A DNA stretch of 64,000 nt from contig CAVYUL010000106.1 in the NCBI GenBank assembly GCA_963771405.1, forward strand, positions 22,725 through 86,724, in the 5' to 3' direction. This document shows, in pieces, positions 48,771-58,966 of the stretch. Both the position numbers and the translations under genes were made by a program. Origin of the DNA: Bryobacterales bacterium (GTDB lineage: Bacteria; Acidobacteriota; Terriglobia; Bryobacterales; Bryobacteraceae). Under the pieces are notes generated by a model. The model made no database searches. It was not told where the DNA came from and saw nothing but the letters and a program-made list of their open reading frames with translations. Positions within the stretch are counted from its first letter, which is position 1. Each line of letters starts with the position of its first letter.

Positions 48771-50081
48771 TTACCAACGCGGCAGAACCCGCTTCCAATT
48801 CGGATCAACATGCTTGCGCATCTCGGCTTCATCGTCGCGTTTGCGAATCGCGATCTTTGCATAGCGCTCGCGGCCGCGCGCCAGTTGATCATAATCGAGG
48901 GTCACTCCTAAACCCGGCTTATTGGGAATACGCACCGCACCGTTCTCAAAGCGAACCCGCCCGCCTTCAATCACTTCGTCTTTTTCCGTTTGCCAAGGGT
49001 AATGGGTATCGCAAGCGAACGTCAGGTTTGAGCTCGCGGCCGCGACATGCGTCATGGCCATCAAACTCACGCCCAGGTGGCTGTTCGAATGCATCGAAAG
49101 CCCCATGCCCAGCACTTCACAAACGTGGGAAAGCTGTTGCACTTGCCGCAGGCCACCCCAATAATGCGGATCGGAAAGCACAATTTGGACGGCATCCAAA
49201 TCGCGCGCTCGCGGCAGATCGGCAAACTGCGTCACCGCCACGTTGCTTCCGAACGGTGTATCAATGCCTTGCTTGAGCAAGCGCTTTCGCACCTCGCTCA
49301 TTCCTTCAAGTTCCGGGCAAGGATCTTCGAGATACCCACCGGCCGATAGCTCTTCACGCAACGCCTCGCCTACCTTCACCGACGTTTCCACCGACCAGGC
49401 GCAATTTGGATCAATGCGCAGTGGATAGTCACGCCCAAACTCGGCGCGCAGCGCTTGAATGGTTGCAATCTCCTCGGCCGGTTCAAGCACACCGCCTTTC
49501 AACTTGATCTCGCGAAAGCCATATTGCTTTACCATCTGGCGGCATTCGCGCACGGCAGCCTCGGCGGACAGCACTTCTCCATACTCATCGTCATACTGCC
49601 CTTCGCCGACACCGCCGCCGTGTTTGTAAAACAGATAAGCGGAAAAGGGAACAGAATCGCGCACTCGCCCGCCGATGACATCGCAAACCGGCCGCTGGAC
49701 GGCTTTGCCGATAATATCCAAACAAGCAATCTCAAGCGCGGCGAATGTTCGATTGTTCTGATCGAGCGGATTTTCTCCGGGCACCAGCCACCTCTGCGAC
49801 CGCCCACCGGGCACATCGCGCACAGCCGCCCCTGCGCCGCAAATCTTTCGAGACAAGCCCGCTAATTGAAACGGATCTTGCCCTAGAACGAACTCGCGAC
49901 TTGCCTCGAGCGCCGCGCGCGGGGCATCTCCGCCATACGTCTCACTTACGCCCTTAATGCCATCGTCGGTTTCCAATTCCACAATCGTCCGCAACGCCCA
50001 CGGCGCATGCAACCCATACGAACTTCGCAGCGGCGGATCGGCAATCGCAATAGAATGCAAAGTGAGTTTGGAGATCTTCAT
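48771..50081 (-). CDS. gudD: Glucarate dehydratase (enolase superfamily)
   Basis: 436 aa. Matches recalled GudD blocks: IKLKGGVL, DPNCAWS, EDPC, SDPHYWGG, SMHSNSHLGVSLMAMTHVAAA, DTHYPW. Confidence 0.85.
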   Translation of the reverse strand: MKISKLTLHSIAIADPPLRSSYGLHAPWALRTIVELETDDGIKGVSETYGGDAPRAALEASREFVLGQDPFQLAGLSRKICGAGAAVRDVPGGRSQRWLVPGENPLDQNNRTFAALEIACLDIIGKAVQRPVCDVIGGRVRDSVPFSAYLFYKHGGGVGEGQYDDEYGEVLSAEAAVRECRQMVKQYGFREIKLKGGVLEPAEEIATIQALRAEFGRDYPLRIDPNCAWSVETSVKVGEALREELSAGGYLEDPCPELEGMSEVRKRLLKQGIDTPFGSNVAVTQFADLPRARDLDAVQIVLSDPHYWGGLRQVQQLSHVCEVLGMGLSMHSNSHLGVSLMAMTHVAAASSNLTFACDTHYPWQTEKDEVIEGGRVRFENGAVRIPNKPGLGVTLDYDQLARGRERYAKIAIRKRDDEAEMRKHVDPNWKRVLPRW

Positions 50082-50089
50082 AACCGGTT

Positions 50090-51166
50090 ATGAACAGACG
50101 AACCTTCACTAAGCTAACAGCCTCCGCGCTGGCTCTCTCACCCAATGCGACGCCTGCGCCATACACTCCACCGGCGGGCCGCATGAAACTCGGCACCCAG
50201 CACCAATCCAGCGACGAAATCCTGCGTATCCTTTCCTCCCTGGGCGTTACTCATATTTGCAGCGATCTCCCCTCGGCCAAGTTCGACGAAGCCTGGTCGG
50301 TGGAAGGCTTGACGAAACTCCGCAAACGCGTGGAATCGTTCGGCGTTACGCTGGCCGCCGTCCCTTTGCCGATGAGTTCGAACTACATCACCAAAGCTGA
50401 AAACCCCGCCATCATGCTGGGCCAAAGCCCGGACCGCGACGAAGAAATAGACAACATTTGCCAGATGATCGAAAACGCAGCGCGGGCGGGTATTCCGTTG
50501 CTGAAATACAACATGACCCTTTTGGGCGTTGTGCGCGGCGAACGCACGCCGGGCCGGGGCAGTTCCACTTACAGCACATTCATCTATGACAAAACTCCGC
50601 AAGACCCGGCGCTCACCGAAGCGGGGCCGGTCAGCGCCGAGATGATGTGGGAGCGCATCACCTACTTTCTAAAGCGCGTCATTCCCGTGGCCGCAGCCAA
50701 CAAAGTGAGAATGGCCTGCCATCCCCACGACCCGGGCATGCCCGCCGACAAAGGTTTCCGCGGCGTCCATCGCGTTTTAGGCAGTGTGGACGGGCTGAAA
50801 AAATTCATCGAAATCAATCCCAGCCCTTACCACGGCTTGAACTTCTGCCAAGGCACCGTTTCCGAAATGCTGAAAGATCCAAACACGGAAATCGGCGATG
50901 TGATTCGCTATTTCGGCTCGCGCAAGAAAATCTTCAACGTCCACTTTCGCAACATCCACGGCCACTTTCTGAACTTTCAGGAGACGTTTCCCGATTGCGG
51001 CGATGTGGACTTGCTGGCGGCGATCAAAGTTTACAAAGAGGTCGGTTACGACGGCATGTTGATGCCCGACCATGTCCCAGTGATTCCGGGTGACCCCGGC
51101 GGGCGACAGGCTTTCGCGTTCGCGTACGGGTATATTCGAGGATTGATCCAAGCGGTAGACGCATAG
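50090..51166 (+). CDS. UxuA-family (mannonate dehydratase-like) TIM-barrel enzyme with Tat-type signal
   Basis: 358 aa. N-terminal [18 protein letters not shown]-terminal [45 protein letters not shown] resembles the UxuA signature. Confidence 0.6.
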   Translation: MNRRTFTKLTASALALSPNATPAPYTPPAGRMKLGTQHQSSDEILRILSSLGVTHICSDLPSAKFDEAWSVEGLTKLRKRVESFGVTLAAVPLPMSSNYITKAENPAIMLGQSPDRDEEIDNICQMIENAARAGIPLLKYNMTLLGVVRGERTPGRGSSTYSTFIYDKTPQDPALTEAGPVSAEMMWERITYFLKRVIPVAAANKVRMACHPHDPGMPADKGFRGVHRVLGSVDGLKKFIEINPSPYHGLNFCQGTVSEMLKDPNTEIGDVIRYFGSRKKIFNVHFRNIHGHFLNFQETFPDCGDVDLLAAIKVYKEVGYDGMLMPDHVPVIPGDPGGRQAFAFAYGYIRGLIQAVDA

Positions 51167-51172
51167 CCCATC

Positions 51173-52081
51173 ATGACTCCTCAACGAGAATTTGTCTCAA
51201 AGCTCAGCGGCGTGTTCGGTTTTCCCGTGACGCCTTTCCATAACGATCTCTCTTTGAACCTGGACGGCTTGGCGCATAATGTTGACGCGATGGCCGCCTT
51301 TCCGTTTTGTGCCCTGGTCGCGGCCGGCGGCACGGGTGAAATGTACTCCATGTCGGCAGAAGAAATCGAGCAAGTGGTAGCGACGTCTGTAAAGGCGGTC
51401 AAAGGCCGGATGCCCATTGTCGCCGGTACCGGATTCAACGTTCCGATTGGCGTCGATATTGCGAAGCGCGCCGCTAAAGCCGGCGCGAGTTGCATTCTGG
51501 CGCTACCGCCCTATTATGTTTCGGCTCCCGAAGAAGGACTGTTCGCGTTTTATGAAGCAATCGGAAAAGCGACCGATCTGCCTTTACTGGTTTACAGCCG
51601 CGATTGGGCGGTGTTTAGTCCGGAAATGGTGGCGCGACTCGCCGACCGCGTGCCGACCCTCGTGGGTTGGAAGGACGGCCAAGGCGATATTCGCAAATAC
51701 CAGCGGATCATGGAGCGCAATGGCGACCGACTGGCTTGGTTTGGCGGGCTCGGGGACGATTGCGTTCCGGGTTATTTCGCGATCGGGGTGCAAGGGTACA
51801 CTTCGAGCATTTCGAACATCGCGCCTAAGCTGTCACTCGCTTTGGCTGATGCGGGGATGAAGGCGGACTTTAAGCAACTCAACGAGCTGATGAAGCGCTA
51901 TGTGAATCCGCTCTACGCGCTGCGCGAACGGTCAAAAGGGTATGAAGTCGCGATTATGAAAGAGGCGATGGAGATGCTTGGGATGCCGGCGGGGCCGGTG
52001 CGGCCGCCGCTGATGAACTGCCGCGAAGCGGATAAGCGGGAGTTAGCGGAGTTAGGCAAGATCTATAGGGCAATTACCTAG
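51173..52081 (+). CDS. kdgD: 5-dehydro-4-deoxyglucarate dehydratase (DapA/NAL family)
   Basis: 302 aa. FPVTPF..., AAGGTGEMYS, ILALPPYY, GWKDGQGDI, GYEVAIMKEAMEMLGMPAGPVRPPL match the KdgD pattern. Confidence 0.85.
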   Translation: MTPQREFVSKLSGVFGFPVTPFHNDLSLNLDGLAHNVDAMAAFPFCALVAAGGTGEMYSMSAEEIEQVVATSVKAVKGRMPIVAGTGFNVPIGVDIAKRAAKAGASCILALPPYYVSAPEEGLFAFYEAIGKATDLPLLVYSRDWAVFSPEMVARLADRVPTLVGWKDGQGDIRKYQRIMERNGDRLAWFGGLGDDCVPGYFAIGVQGYTSSISNIAPKLSLALADAGMKADFKQLNELMKRYVNPLYALRERSKGYEVAIMKEAMEMLGMPAGPVRPPLMNCREADKRELAELGKIYRAIT

Positions 52082-52560
52082 CCGGACTAGGTCGGCTGAC
52101 GCTTCCGGCTTCGAAAAAGAGGTGCCAACTTGTGGCAGTTGGGCGAAGGACATAATTACTGAGTCGCCGCCTGTATTCTTGCAAACTCTAAGGCAGCTGG
52201 TGTCGGAGACGGTAACAGGCGCGCAGGTGCGTGCGGTCGGATGACCAGTCGGACTGACCGCGAAATCAACCGCAACTCCAAAGCGATCGAACGCTATGCC
52301 ACCTTCGGTCGTGTTCGCGAGGCTGGAAATCGTGTACTGCGGCGAAACGACGCCCGCCGCGACAAAGGCAGGACCTTTGGATCAGAATTGAGTTATTCCG
52401 TTTTGGCCTTCGCCTGCTCTTCAATGAACTCAAAGCGAACCTCGCGGTTGCCAAGACGGCCCGCTTGTCGAGGAGACTCATCATCTTTCGCATACCGGTT
52501 TGACACTCACTATTTCACCGGCTGCGCGGGAAGTCTACAATAGAGGCGAGGACAGATCCA

Positions 52561-52776
52561 GTGCCACGTCAGTTCGATGTCGTAATTGAGCGGGATTCCG
52601 AGGGATACTACGTTGCCTCGGTCCCCCAGATGGTCGGATGCCACACGCAAGCGCGTTCTCTCGACGAAGTCACGGCACGAATTCGCGAAGCAATCGAGCT
52701 GTGTCTGGAAGTGGAAGGAGCGCCAGAGCAGGAATTGGAATTCGTTGGCATCCAGCGTGTGACCATCGCGGCATGA
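52561..52776 (+). CDS. hicB: HicB-family antitoxin (UPF0150)
   Basis: 71 aa with a GTG start. FDVVIERDSEGYYVASVPQMVGCHTQARSLDEVTARIREAIELCLE is typical of HicB. Confidence 0.8.
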   Translation: MPRQFDVVIERDSEGYYVASVPQMVGCHTQARSLDEVTARIREAIELCLEVEGAPEQELEFVGIQRVTIAA

Positions 52777-52997
52777 GCCGCAGTCCGCGTGTCACTGGGC
52801 CCGATCTAATTGGCGCGTTAGCGGAGGCTGGCTTTCGTGTTCTGCGCGTAAGAGGTAGCCATCATTTCTTGCGTCATCAGGACGGACGAAGCACAGTTGT
52901 ACCTGTGCACACGGGTGAGACGATCAGCCCGGGCCTGCTCAATAAGATCCTTCGGGATTGCAAATTGAAGACTGCGGAATTCCTGGAACTATTGTAA
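52773..52997 (+). CDS. hicA: HicA-family mRNA interferase toxin
   Basis: 74 aa. ATGA overlap with the hicB stop. LIGALAEAGFRVLRVRGSHHFLRH...VVPVHTGETISPGLLNKILRD is typical of HicA/YcfA. Confidence 0.8.
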   Translation: MSRSPRVTGPDLIGALAEAGFRVLRVRGSHHFLRHQDGRSTVVPVHTGETISPGLLNKILRDCKLKTAEFLELL

Positions 52998-53299
52998 GAG
53001 CGCTGACTCCCGGGAAGCGGCCCTCTCGGCCAGAATCTGTTCCGGTGCTGACACAGCAATTCGTATCGCAGCACCGCTGCCCTGCGAAAATCCTGGCTTC
53101 GAAGCGCAATTTAAACCGGAAGTCGGCAAATTCGGTCTAAAGGAGCACGCCGAACCAGTCAGCGTTGCCGCCGTAGCTTAATGAAATCGCCACGAAAGCG
53201 CTTTCATGAAGCCTGAGGCCCACCTGCGTGATATAAACATTAGGATGCTTCGCGGGTAAATTCGCTCTTTTTCCAGGGTCCCAGTCGAACTGAAAACAA

Positions 53300-55018
53300 A
53301 TGCACGCTCCTATCGCACTTCTTCTGCTTCAGTCCTCAAAAAAACTTGTCTCGCTCAGCGCCATTGACATCGTCATCGTGGCGCTTTATTTCGTAATGGT
53401 CCTGGGCATCGGCTATTACCTGAAAAACTACACCAAAACCGGCGAAGACTTCTTCATGGCCGGCCGCGACATGAGTTCCTGGATCGCGGGCCTTAGTTTC
53501 GTCGCCGCCAATCTGGGCGCGCTGGAACTCATGGGTTGGGCGGGTTCGGCGTATCAATACGGCATTTTGGCCGCTCACTGGTATTGGATCGGCGCCATTC
53601 CCGCGATGCTGTTTTTGGCGATCGTGATGATGCCGTTTTATTACATCTCGAAGACGCACTCCGTCCCGGGATATTTAAAGCTGCGTTTCGGCGAGCCCTC
53701 GCGCCTTCTGGCCGCTGTTTCTTTCGGTTTCATGACCGTTCTCATGAGCGGCATCAACATGTTCTCGATGGCGAAGGTCATGCAGATCGTTCTCGGGTGG
53801 GATCTGAACTTCAGCATTTGGGTTTCGTCGCTCACTGTCGCCGGGTATGTCTTTTTTGGCGGCTTACTTTCAGCCATCTTCAATGAAGTGTTGCAGTTCT
53901 TCCTGATCTGGCTGGGCGCTCTGGTTGTCACGATTCTTGGTCTCTACGAAACCGGCGGCTGGAGCGGCGTGGTTCACCGAATTCATGAGCGCTGGCCTGG
54001 GGGCGATTACACTCACATGTGGTCCGGTCTTGGTTCGTTCACTGGTAACCCTATGGGCATCCACTGGACCGGTATCGTTCTAGGTCTTGGCTTTGTGATC
54101 GCGTTCGGCTATTGGACTACTGATTTTCTTGTCGTCCAGCGAGTCCTCGCCGCCAAAGATTTGCGTAGCGCCCAGATGGCGCCCATCATCGGCGCCGCTT
54201 TCAAGATGGCGGTTCCGCTCATCGTTATCCTCCCGGGCTTGCTCGGGCTGGCCGTTCTTCCGGATCGACTGGTGGGCGAATCCGACATTGCTCTTCATCC
54301 CGGCGCTCACACTTATAATGATGTGCTTCCTCTCATGCTGGCCCGCTATTGCGGGCCGGGCCTGCTTGGCTTAGGCATCACCGCTCTCATCGCCGGATTC
54401 ATGTCCGGTATGGCCGGCAATGTCAGCGCCTTTGCCACTGTTTGGACCTATGACATTTACCGCGCGGTAGTGAAAAAAGATGCCAGCGACGGGCACTATG
54501 TCTTCGTTGGTAAGTGGTGCACAGTGGTGGGCGTTTTGGTCAGCATCGGTACTGCGTATCTAGTGATGCAATTTTCAAGCATCATGGATTACGTTCAAGC
54601 CCTATTCAGCTTTTTCATTGCGCCTCTGTTCGGCACAGTGATTCTCGGTATGCTTTGGAAACGCGCTACACCCGCGGGTGGTTTCTGGGGTTTGCTTGCC
54701 GGCACGGTCAGTTCAATCTCCATGTGGGCCTGGGTCACGCAAAGCCCATCGGCGCTGGCTTATATCGCGCTTTCCGTGCATGCAAAACCTATGGCCGAGA
54801 ACATGTATCGCGCTCTTTGGAGTTGGATCATTTGTGTGGTCGTCACCGTTGTGGTGAGCTATATGACCGCTCCTAAGCCGGATGAAGAGCTGGTTGGGCT
54901 GGTTTACGGCTTCACGGAGATCCCGAAAGATGAGAACTTGTTGTGGTTCCACAAGCCCATGTTTTGGGCTGTTTTGGTGGCCATCGTCCTGGTTATTCTG
55001 AATATCATTTTCTGGTAA
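53300..55018 (+). CDS. Sodium:solute symporter (SSS) family transporter
   Basis: 572 aa with about 13-14 TM helices. N-terminal GEDFFMAGRDMSSWIAGLSFVAANLGALE is typical of SSS transporters. Confidence 0.85.
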   Translation: MHAPIALLLLQSSKKLVSLSAIDIVIVALYFVMVLGIGYYLKNYTKTGEDFFMAGRDMSSWIAGLSFVAANLGALELMGWAGSAYQYGILAAHWYWIGAIPAMLFLAIVMMPFYYISKTHSVPGYLKLRFGEPSRLLAAVSFGFMTVLMSGINMFSMAKVMQIVLGWDLNFSIWVSSLTVAGYVFFGGLLSAIFNEVLQFFLIWLGALVVTILGLYETGGWSGVVHRIHERWPGGDYTHMWSGLGSFTGNPMGIHWTGIVLGLGFVIAFGYWTTDFLVVQRVLAAKDLRSAQMAPIIGAAFKMAVPLIVILPGLLGLAVLPDRLVGESDIALHPGAHTYNDVLPLMLARYCGPGLLGLGITALIAGFMSGMAGNVSAFATVWTYDIYRAVVKKDASDGHYVFVGKWCTVVGVLVSIGTAYLVMQFSSIMDYVQALFSFFIAPLFGTVILGMLWKRATPAGGFWGLLAGTVSSISMWAWVTQSPSALAYIALSVHAKPMAENMYRALWSWIICVVVTVVVSYMTAPKPDEELVGLVYGFTEIPKDENLLWFHKPMFWAVLVAIVLVILNIIFW

Positions 55019-55024
55019 AACCCT

Positions 55025-55231
55025 ATGCATGGTCACGGCCGCTATCCTATTTGGTTCTTCATCGGCGCGCTTCTCACCGCTTATGGCGCGCTCATTCTCG
55101 CCGCGGGTCTCTATGGCCTGTCGCATCCCGCCAATGTTGTGCTGGACGAGCTTCATATCGGCATCTGGTGGGGTATTTTGCTGCTGGTGATGGGCGTGTT
55201 TTACGTTCTGCGTTTTTATCCTAGGAAATAA
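55025..55231 (+). CDS. Small 2-TM membrane protein downstream of the symporter
   Basis: 68-aa ORF starting 7 nt after the SSS stop. Two hydrophobic helices. Confidence 0.45.
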   Translation: MHGHGRYPIWFFIGALLTAYGALILAAGLYGLSHPANVVLDELHIGIWWGILLLVMGVFYVLRFYPRK

Positions 55232-55234
55232 GTA

Positions 55235-56659
55235 ATGTCTGCTACTAACAAAACCACCGCGAAGCTCGGGCTGATTGTCGGCAATCGCGGTTTCTTCCCT
55301 GGCCACTTAGCGGCCACTGGGCGTGAAGATATGTTGCGCGTTTTGGGCGCTGCCGGGGTTGAAGTGGTTGCTCTCTCGCCCGAAGAGTCCCGATACGGCG
55401 CGGTGGAAAGCTTCGAAGAAGCCAAGCGTCTGGCCGGTCTTTTCCGCCAACATCAGGATACGCTTGATGGAATTGTTGTCACTCTGCCCAATTTCGGGGA
55501 CGAGCGCGCCATTGCCGATACGATGCGCCGCTCGGGCCTGCAAGTGCCGATTTTGGTGCAAGCCACGCCCGATTCCGCCGGCAAGATGACCATCGCCGAC
55601 CGGCGCGATTCGTTTTGCGGCAAGATGTCGGCCTGCAATAACCTGATGCAGTACGGTATTCCCTATTCGTTGACGACGCTGCACACCGAAGCGCCCGATT
55701 CGGCTGAGTTCAAGAAAGATCTCGCCTGGTTTCTGGGCGTGTGCCGAGTGGTGCGCGGGCTGCGCAACTTGCGTATCGGCTCCATTGGCGCGCGGCCGCA
55801 AGCCTTCAATACCGTTCGCTATAGCGAAAAGATTCTTGAAACCGCGGGCATTTCCATCATTACTATCGATCTGTCGGAAATTCTCGGCCGGATCGAGCGT
55901 ATGAAAGATGACGATCCGGCTGCGCAAGCCAAACTGAGCGCGATTCAAGCCTACGTCTCGACTAAGGACGTTCCCGCCGCTTCGCTTATGAGGATGGCCA
56001 AACTCGGAGCGGTTGTAGATGGCTGGATGAAGGAAACCGATACCGTCATCTCCGCCGTTCAGTGCTGGACGTCGCTCGAAGAATACTTCGGCGTGGTTCC
56101 TTGCACTGTCATGAGCATGATGAGCAATGAGCTGATGTCGAGCGCGTGCGAAGTGGATATCGCCGGCGTCGTGGGTATGCATGCTCTGCGGCTTGCGTCA
56201 GAGACGCCGAGTGCGCTGCTCGATTGGAACAATAACTACGGCGACGATCCGAATAAAGCCGTCTGCTTCCATTGCAGCAACCTGCCGAAACACTTCTTCG
56301 CCGATGTCCGCATGGATTATCAAGAGATCATTGCCGGCACGGTGGGCAAGCTCAACACGTTCGGCACTTGCGTCGGCCGTGTGAAAGCGAGCCCGATGAG
56401 TTTCTGCCGCATCTCCACCGACGACCGAATGGGCCGGGTGCGCGGTTATGTAGGCGATGGGCGCTTTACGGATGATTCTTTGAATACATTTGGCGGCGCC
56501 GGTGTGGTGGAAATCCCGCGCCTGCAGGATCTGCTGCGCTTCATCTGCGAGCGCGGCTTCGAGCATCATACTGCCGCCAACTTAGCCCCGGTTTCAAATA
56601 TTGTTTACGAAGCGACGACCAAGTATCTAAACTGGGATATGTATTGGCACAAAGCATGA
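55235..56659 (+). CDS. L-fucose/L-arabinose isomerase-family sugar isomerase
   Basis: 474 aa. The N-terminal KLGLIVGNRGFFPGHLA and overall length fit the FucI-like family. It sits directly upstream of araB and araD. Confidence 0.7.
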   Translation: MSATNKTTAKLGLIVGNRGFFPGHLAATGREDMLRVLGAAGVEVVALSPEESRYGAVESFEEAKRLAGLFRQHQDTLDGIVVTLPNFGDERAIADTMRRSGLQVPILVQATPDSAGKMTIADRRDSFCGKMSACNNLMQYGIPYSLTTLHTEAPDSAEFKKDLAWFLGVCRVVRGLRNLRIGSIGARPQAFNTVRYSEKILETAGISIITIDLSEILGRIERMKDDDPAAQAKLSAIQAYVSTKDVPAASLMRMAKLGAVVDGWMKETDTVISAVQCWTSLEEYFGVVPCTVMSMMSNELMSSACEVDIAGVVGMHALRLASETPSALLDWNNNYGDDPNKAVCFHCSNLPKHFFADVRMDYQEIIAGTVGKLNTFGTCVGRVKASPMSFCRISTDDRMGRVRGYVGDGRFTDDSLNTFGGAGVVEIPRLQDLLRFICERGFEHHTAANLAPVSNIVYEATTKYLNWDMYWHKA

Positions 56660-58248
56660 GTACTGTGGTCGCCGGGGTTGATTTTGGCACGTTGAGTGTC
56701 CGGGTATCGATATTTGACAGTGAAAAAGGGCGTCTAGGTTCGGGCACAGCGGATTATCCGCTTCACCGGAAGCGTGAAGATCCTGACTTTGCGACTCAAA
56801 GCCACGCCGATCATATGACCGCGCTGGCTAGCGCCACGCAAAGCGCGTTGAGCGAAGCGGGTGTTCCGGGCAGCGCTGTGAAGGCCATTGCGCTTGATAC
56901 CACTGGTTCGAGCGTGATCCCAGTGGGCGACGATCTGGAGCCGCTGGACGATTACTATTTATGGTGCGATCACCGGGCGTGGCGTGAAGCGCAGGAGATT
57001 ACCGAAAAGGCTCACGAATCCGGCCTTTTAGCTATTAAGTGGTGCGGCGGCGCGTATTCTTCGGAATGGGGCTTCTCCAAGCTGCTTCACTGGCTGCGCA
57101 ACAATCCCGACAAGCGCGACCGTTTCGCTACCGCTTTCGAACACTGCGATTACGTGGCCACTGTGCTGTGCGGCATCCGTACGCTGCAGAACGCTCCGCG
57201 CAGCATTTGTGCCATGGGCCACAAGTGGATGTGGAACGAGTCTCTCGGTGGGTTGCCGCCGGAAGGTTTTCTGATTAAGGTCGATCCGCTCCTTAAAGGG
57301 ATGCGCACAAAGTTAGGGGGCCGTTATCGAGCATCCAACTCCATTGCGGGAACACTGTGTGATGAGTGGGCAACCAAACTCGGCTTAAGCCCGGGCATTT
57401 TCATTCCGGTTGGCGCTTTTGATGCTCACTGGGATGCGATTGGCGCAGGCGTCAAACTGGGCGATGTGGTGAATGTGATCGGCACTTCGACCTGCATCAT
57501 CGGGCTGAGCGACAAAGTGAGTTTGGTGCCGGGTGTTTGTGGTGTGGTGCCTGGTTCGGTCGATCCGCAACTCACTGGGATTGAAGCGGGACTCTCTGCG
57601 GTGGGCGATGTTTTTGAAGCGATCGCGCGCCGCGCGGGCACCAGCGCCTCGTCTCTTTCGCGCGACATTGAAGGCTTCCGCGCGGGACAGACCGGCTTGT
57701 TGCGCATGACCTGGGACAACGGCGACCGCACGGTGCTGGTGAATCCCGAACTGGGCGGGGTCACTTTAGGTTGGAATCTAACTTCGACTGCGCAAGACGA
57801 ACTCTTCGCGGCCATTGAAGGCACCGCTCTTCACACCCGCATCATCTTGAACCGTATGGCGGAGCACGGCACAGCGATCGATCGGATTATCAACGGCGGC
57901 GGCATTCCGCAAAAGAACGATCAGTTGAACCAGATCTACGCGAACGTGCTGAACAAACAGATTCTGGTTCCGCAAGGCGATGTCACAAGCCTGGGGTCGG
58001 CGATTTTCGCGTTCCTCGGTGCGCGCGCTTTCCCGTCTATCGATCAAGCGCAAGCGGCGCTGTGCCCCAAACATCGAGTGTTCCGGCCTGAGCCCAATGC
58101 GGTCGCGGTCTATGAGGAATTGTTCCGCCTGTACAAGCGCCTCTATTTCGGTTTAGGCAACAAGCGTTCCGAGCCGGTCGCCGTGGGTGACGTTCTGCCC
58201 AACCTTCGCCGGATCGCCGCGCAAGTGAGATCAGCCCAATGGAGCTAA
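56656..58248 (+). CDS. araB: Ribulokinase (FGGY family)
   Basis: ATG 56656 overlaps the upstream stop (ATGA). Collinear with recalled E. coli AraB: GVDFGT, LDTTGSS, YSSEWGFSKLLH, AMGHKWMWNESLGGLPP, VGAFDAHWDAIGAG, VIGTSTC. Confidence 0.8.
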   Translation: MSTVVAGVDFGTLSVRVSIFDSEKGRLGSGTADYPLHRKREDPDFATQSHADHMTALASATQSALSEAGVPGSAVKAIALDTTGSSVIPVGDDLEPLDDYYLWCDHRAWREAQEITEKAHESGLLAIKWCGGAYSSEWGFSKLLHWLRNNPDKRDRFATAFEHCDYVATVLCGIRTLQNAPRSICAMGHKWMWNESLGGLPPEGFLIKVDPLLKGMRTKLGGRYRASNSIAGTLCDEWATKLGLSPGIFIPVGAFDAHWDAIGAGVKLGDVVNVIGTSTCIIGLSDKVSLVPGVCGVVPGSVDPQLTGIEAGLSAVGDVFEAIARRAGTSASSLSRDIEGFRAGQTGLLRMTWDNGDRTVLVNPELGGVTLGWNLTSTAQDELFAAIEGTALHTRIILNRMAEHGTAIDRIINGGGIPQKNDQLNQIYANVLNKQILVPQGDVTSLGSAIFAFLGARAFPSIDQAQAALCPKHRVFRPEPNAVAVYEELFRLYKRLYFGLGNKRSEPVAVGDVLPNLRRIAAQVRSAQWS

Positions 58249-58949
58249 AGGCACTGCGCGAGGAAGTGCTCGAAGCCAATCTCGAATTGGTGCGCCGCGG
58301 CTTGGTTATTTTCACGTTTGGCAATGCCAGCGGATATGATGCGGCGAGCGGCCGTGTGGTTATCAAGCCTAGCGGCGTTGCGTATGACAAGTTGACTCCG
58401 GCCGATCTGGTGATGACCGATCTGGAAGGCAAGCAACTCCCCGGCAGCACTCTGCGCCCTTCGTCGGACCTGCCCACGCATCTGGCTTTATACAAAGCGT
58501 TCGCAGGCGTCCACGGCGTTGTCCACACGCATTCCCGTTATGCGACTTCCTGGGCGCAAGCCGGCGTAGAAATCCCCTGTTTGGGAACCACGCACGCCGA
58601 TTACTTCCAAGGCCCCATTCCGATCACGCCACACATGCAAGCGCATGAGATTCAAAGTGAGTATGAGTGGAATACGGGGCAAGTGATCGTCCGCCGGATG
58701 TCGGGTATGGACCCGTTGAAGACGGCTGCCATTCTTGTCAACGGACATGCGCCGTTCTGCTGGGGCGCAACCGTTACCGATGCCGCGCATACGGCCGAGA
58801 TCGTTGAAGAATTGGCGCACATGGCGTTTCTGACAGTGACCATTAAAGCGGATGTTGCCGGGTTGCCTGAAGTCCTGCGCGACAAGCACTTCCTGCGGAA
58901 GCATGGGCCATCTGCTTACTACGGCCAACCCACCAACAAAGCTGGTTAG
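58239..58949 (+). CDS. araD: L-ribulose-5-phosphate 4-epimerase
   Basis: 236 aa. EANLELVRRGLVIFTFGNASG, VIKPSGVAYD, PSSDLPTHLALY, VVHTHSRYATSWAQAG and GTTHADYF match AraD. Confidence 0.9.
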   Translation: MELKALREEVLEANLELVRRGLVIFTFGNASGYDAASGRVVIKPSGVAYDKLTPADLVMTDLEGKQLPGSTLRPSSDLPTHLALYKAFAGVHGVVHTHSRYATSWAQAGVEIPCLGTTHADYFQGPIPITPHMQAHEIQSEYEWNTGQVIVRRMSGMDPLKTAAILVNGHAPFCWGATVTDAAHTAEIVEELAHMAFLTVTIKADVAGLPEVLRDKHFLRKHGPSAYYGQPTNKAG

Positions 58950-58966
58950 ACTAAGGTTAACGGCCT

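Noticed and set aside
52241-52543. 100-aa plus-strand and 75-aa minus-strand ORFs between kdgD and hicB
   Set aside because: Neither has a motif or an RBS. The only protein-like piece is a short start-less OmpA-C-terminal-like fragment in a third frame, so I treated the region as relic DNA.
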